Assembly: GCA_037442885.1 (NCBI GenBank)
Contig: JBBIPK010000001.1
Coordinates: 6,431-70,430 of the forward strand
Origin: Acidobacteriota bacterium
GTDB taxonomy: Bacteria > Acidobacteriota > Terriglobia > Acidiferrales > 2-02-FULL-67-57
Length of the DNA: 64,000 nt
Direction of reading: 5' to 3'
Each line of letters opens with the position of its first letter. Within the stretch, counting starts at the first letter, position 1. This document shows, piece after piece, positions 63,339 to 64,000 of this stretch. The position numbers were made by a program, and so were the translations under genes. The notes below the pieces were generated by a model. It ran no database searches. It saw nothing but the letters and a program-made list of their open reading frames with translations, and was not told where the DNA came from.

Positions 63339-64000
63339 CTAGATCCGGCGGCGGGCGAGCCAGGCGGCGGCAGCCAGCATCCCTATCCAACCTAGAACTC
63401 GCACCGCGGCGGCAATCGCTGTGTCGTAGCGCAGCAGGCCGAGGCGGGAAAAAATCAGGAACCAGTCGTGGCCGACGACTTCGGCGTCGCCGACCGTGAC
63501 CAGCGGCAACTCCTGCGCGCGGGCGTCAGCCATATAGATAGCCACATCCAAACAGTTCTCGAAGAACCAGAAGGCAGCAAACGCCACACCGAGCGGCTCG
63601 CGCCGGCGCAGGAAGGTGAGAAAAATCAACAACGGGACAAGGAACTGCGCCAGGGTACCGCCCCAGAGGCCGAGAGTTTCTCCGAACCAGCCGAAGAAAA
63701 GGTGCCCGGCCTCGTGAATGACCAGGTTGACGTTGTGCAACAACAGGAAGCCATCGCGGTCGAGCAGCGCGTGCACGAGATAACCGGCATAGGCAACAAC
63801 CCAAAGCGCGACTGCCGGGCGGGAGGCTCTCTGCCAGGGCTCATCGCTGCGAAAAACCTCCCGCAATAGAGAAACCAAGCGGGCAAGCCAGCCGGGCTCA
63901 GACTCCTCCGATGCTTCGGCGCGCGGCGAGCGCGCCTCGGGAAAGCAGAAGGGGCAGTCGCCCAACGCAGCCGGGATGCGGCGGGCACAGCGAGGACAGA
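63339..64000 (-). CDS. Membrane protein with an N-terminal zinc ribbon and an intramembrane HExxH motif (putative metalloprotease), 5' end outside the window
   Basis: The frame stays open to the window edge upstream of the TTG at 63965 and reads 'CPRCARRIPAALGDCPFC' (CxxC-x10-CxxC). 'VIHEAGHLFFGW' lies within hydrophobic helices. There are four to five TM segments. Confidence 0.7.
   Translation of the reverse strand, partial: CPRCARRIPAALGDCPFCFPEARSPRAEASEESEPGWLARLVSLLREVFRSDEPWQRASRPAVALWVVAYAGYLVHALLDRDGFLLLHNVNLVIHEAGHLFFGWFGETLGLWGGTLAQFLVPLLIFLTFLRRREPLGVAFAAFWFFENCLDVAIYMADARAQELPLVTVGDAEVVGHDWFLIFSRLGLLRYDTAIAAAVRVLGWIGMLAAAAWLARRRI

Overview
GC-rich chromosomal window, gene-dense and mostly housekeeping. 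No transposase, integrase, CRISPR array or rRNA was seen. The gene content suggests an Acidobacteria-like genome: giant CarboxypepD_reg-type TonB-dependent receptors ending in 'LRYEF', many secreted PD40 or BNR hydrolases and peptidases, and an LpxI-type lipid A cluster. That taxonomic call is an inference. All product calls come from motifs read in the supplied translations; no database was searched.

Layout:
- 1-8 kb: a 5'-truncated TonB-dependent receptor and two secreted PD40-propeller hydrolases.
- 8-14 kb: a Rieske oxygenase, a GcvT-like protein and two tandem CrtI-like flavoproteins.
- 14-22 kb: a BNR/sortilin-like protein divergent from a second, paralogous TonB-dependent receptor.
- 22-27 kb: fabZ-lpxA-lpxI-oxidoreductase-tonB-miaA.
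- 27-36 kb: peptidases, HIT, rlpA, rhomboid, leuCD.
- 36.5-49.5 kb: one 13-kb minus-strand gene run. It holds trpC-trpF-(cytochrome c)-trpB-trpA-chorismate mutase-DAHP synthase-tyrA-scoA-scoB-pgsA-like, then a GpgS/MpgS-like glycosyltransferase, a second glycosyltransferase and an MpgP/YedP-type phosphatase.
- 49.7 kb: tRNA-Glu(CUC).
- 49.8-55 kb: the most interesting locus. A membrane-anchored HEAT-repeat protein, a processive-type GT2 synthase, an I-site GGDEF cyclase and an 84-aa unknown lie divergent from a small TPR/beta-barrel outer-membrane protein. This looks like a c-di-GMP-linked exopolysaccharide module with no recognisable c-di-GMP receptor.
- 55-64 kb: a class V aminotransferase, an aromatic amino acid decarboxylase, an AI-2E transporter, a LonC-like protease with a degenerate Walker A, a low-GC orphan secreted protein, and a zinc-ribbon/HExxH membrane protein cut by the window end.

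Many long ORFs in the six-frame track are antisense shadow ORFs typical of high-GC DNA and were rejected.
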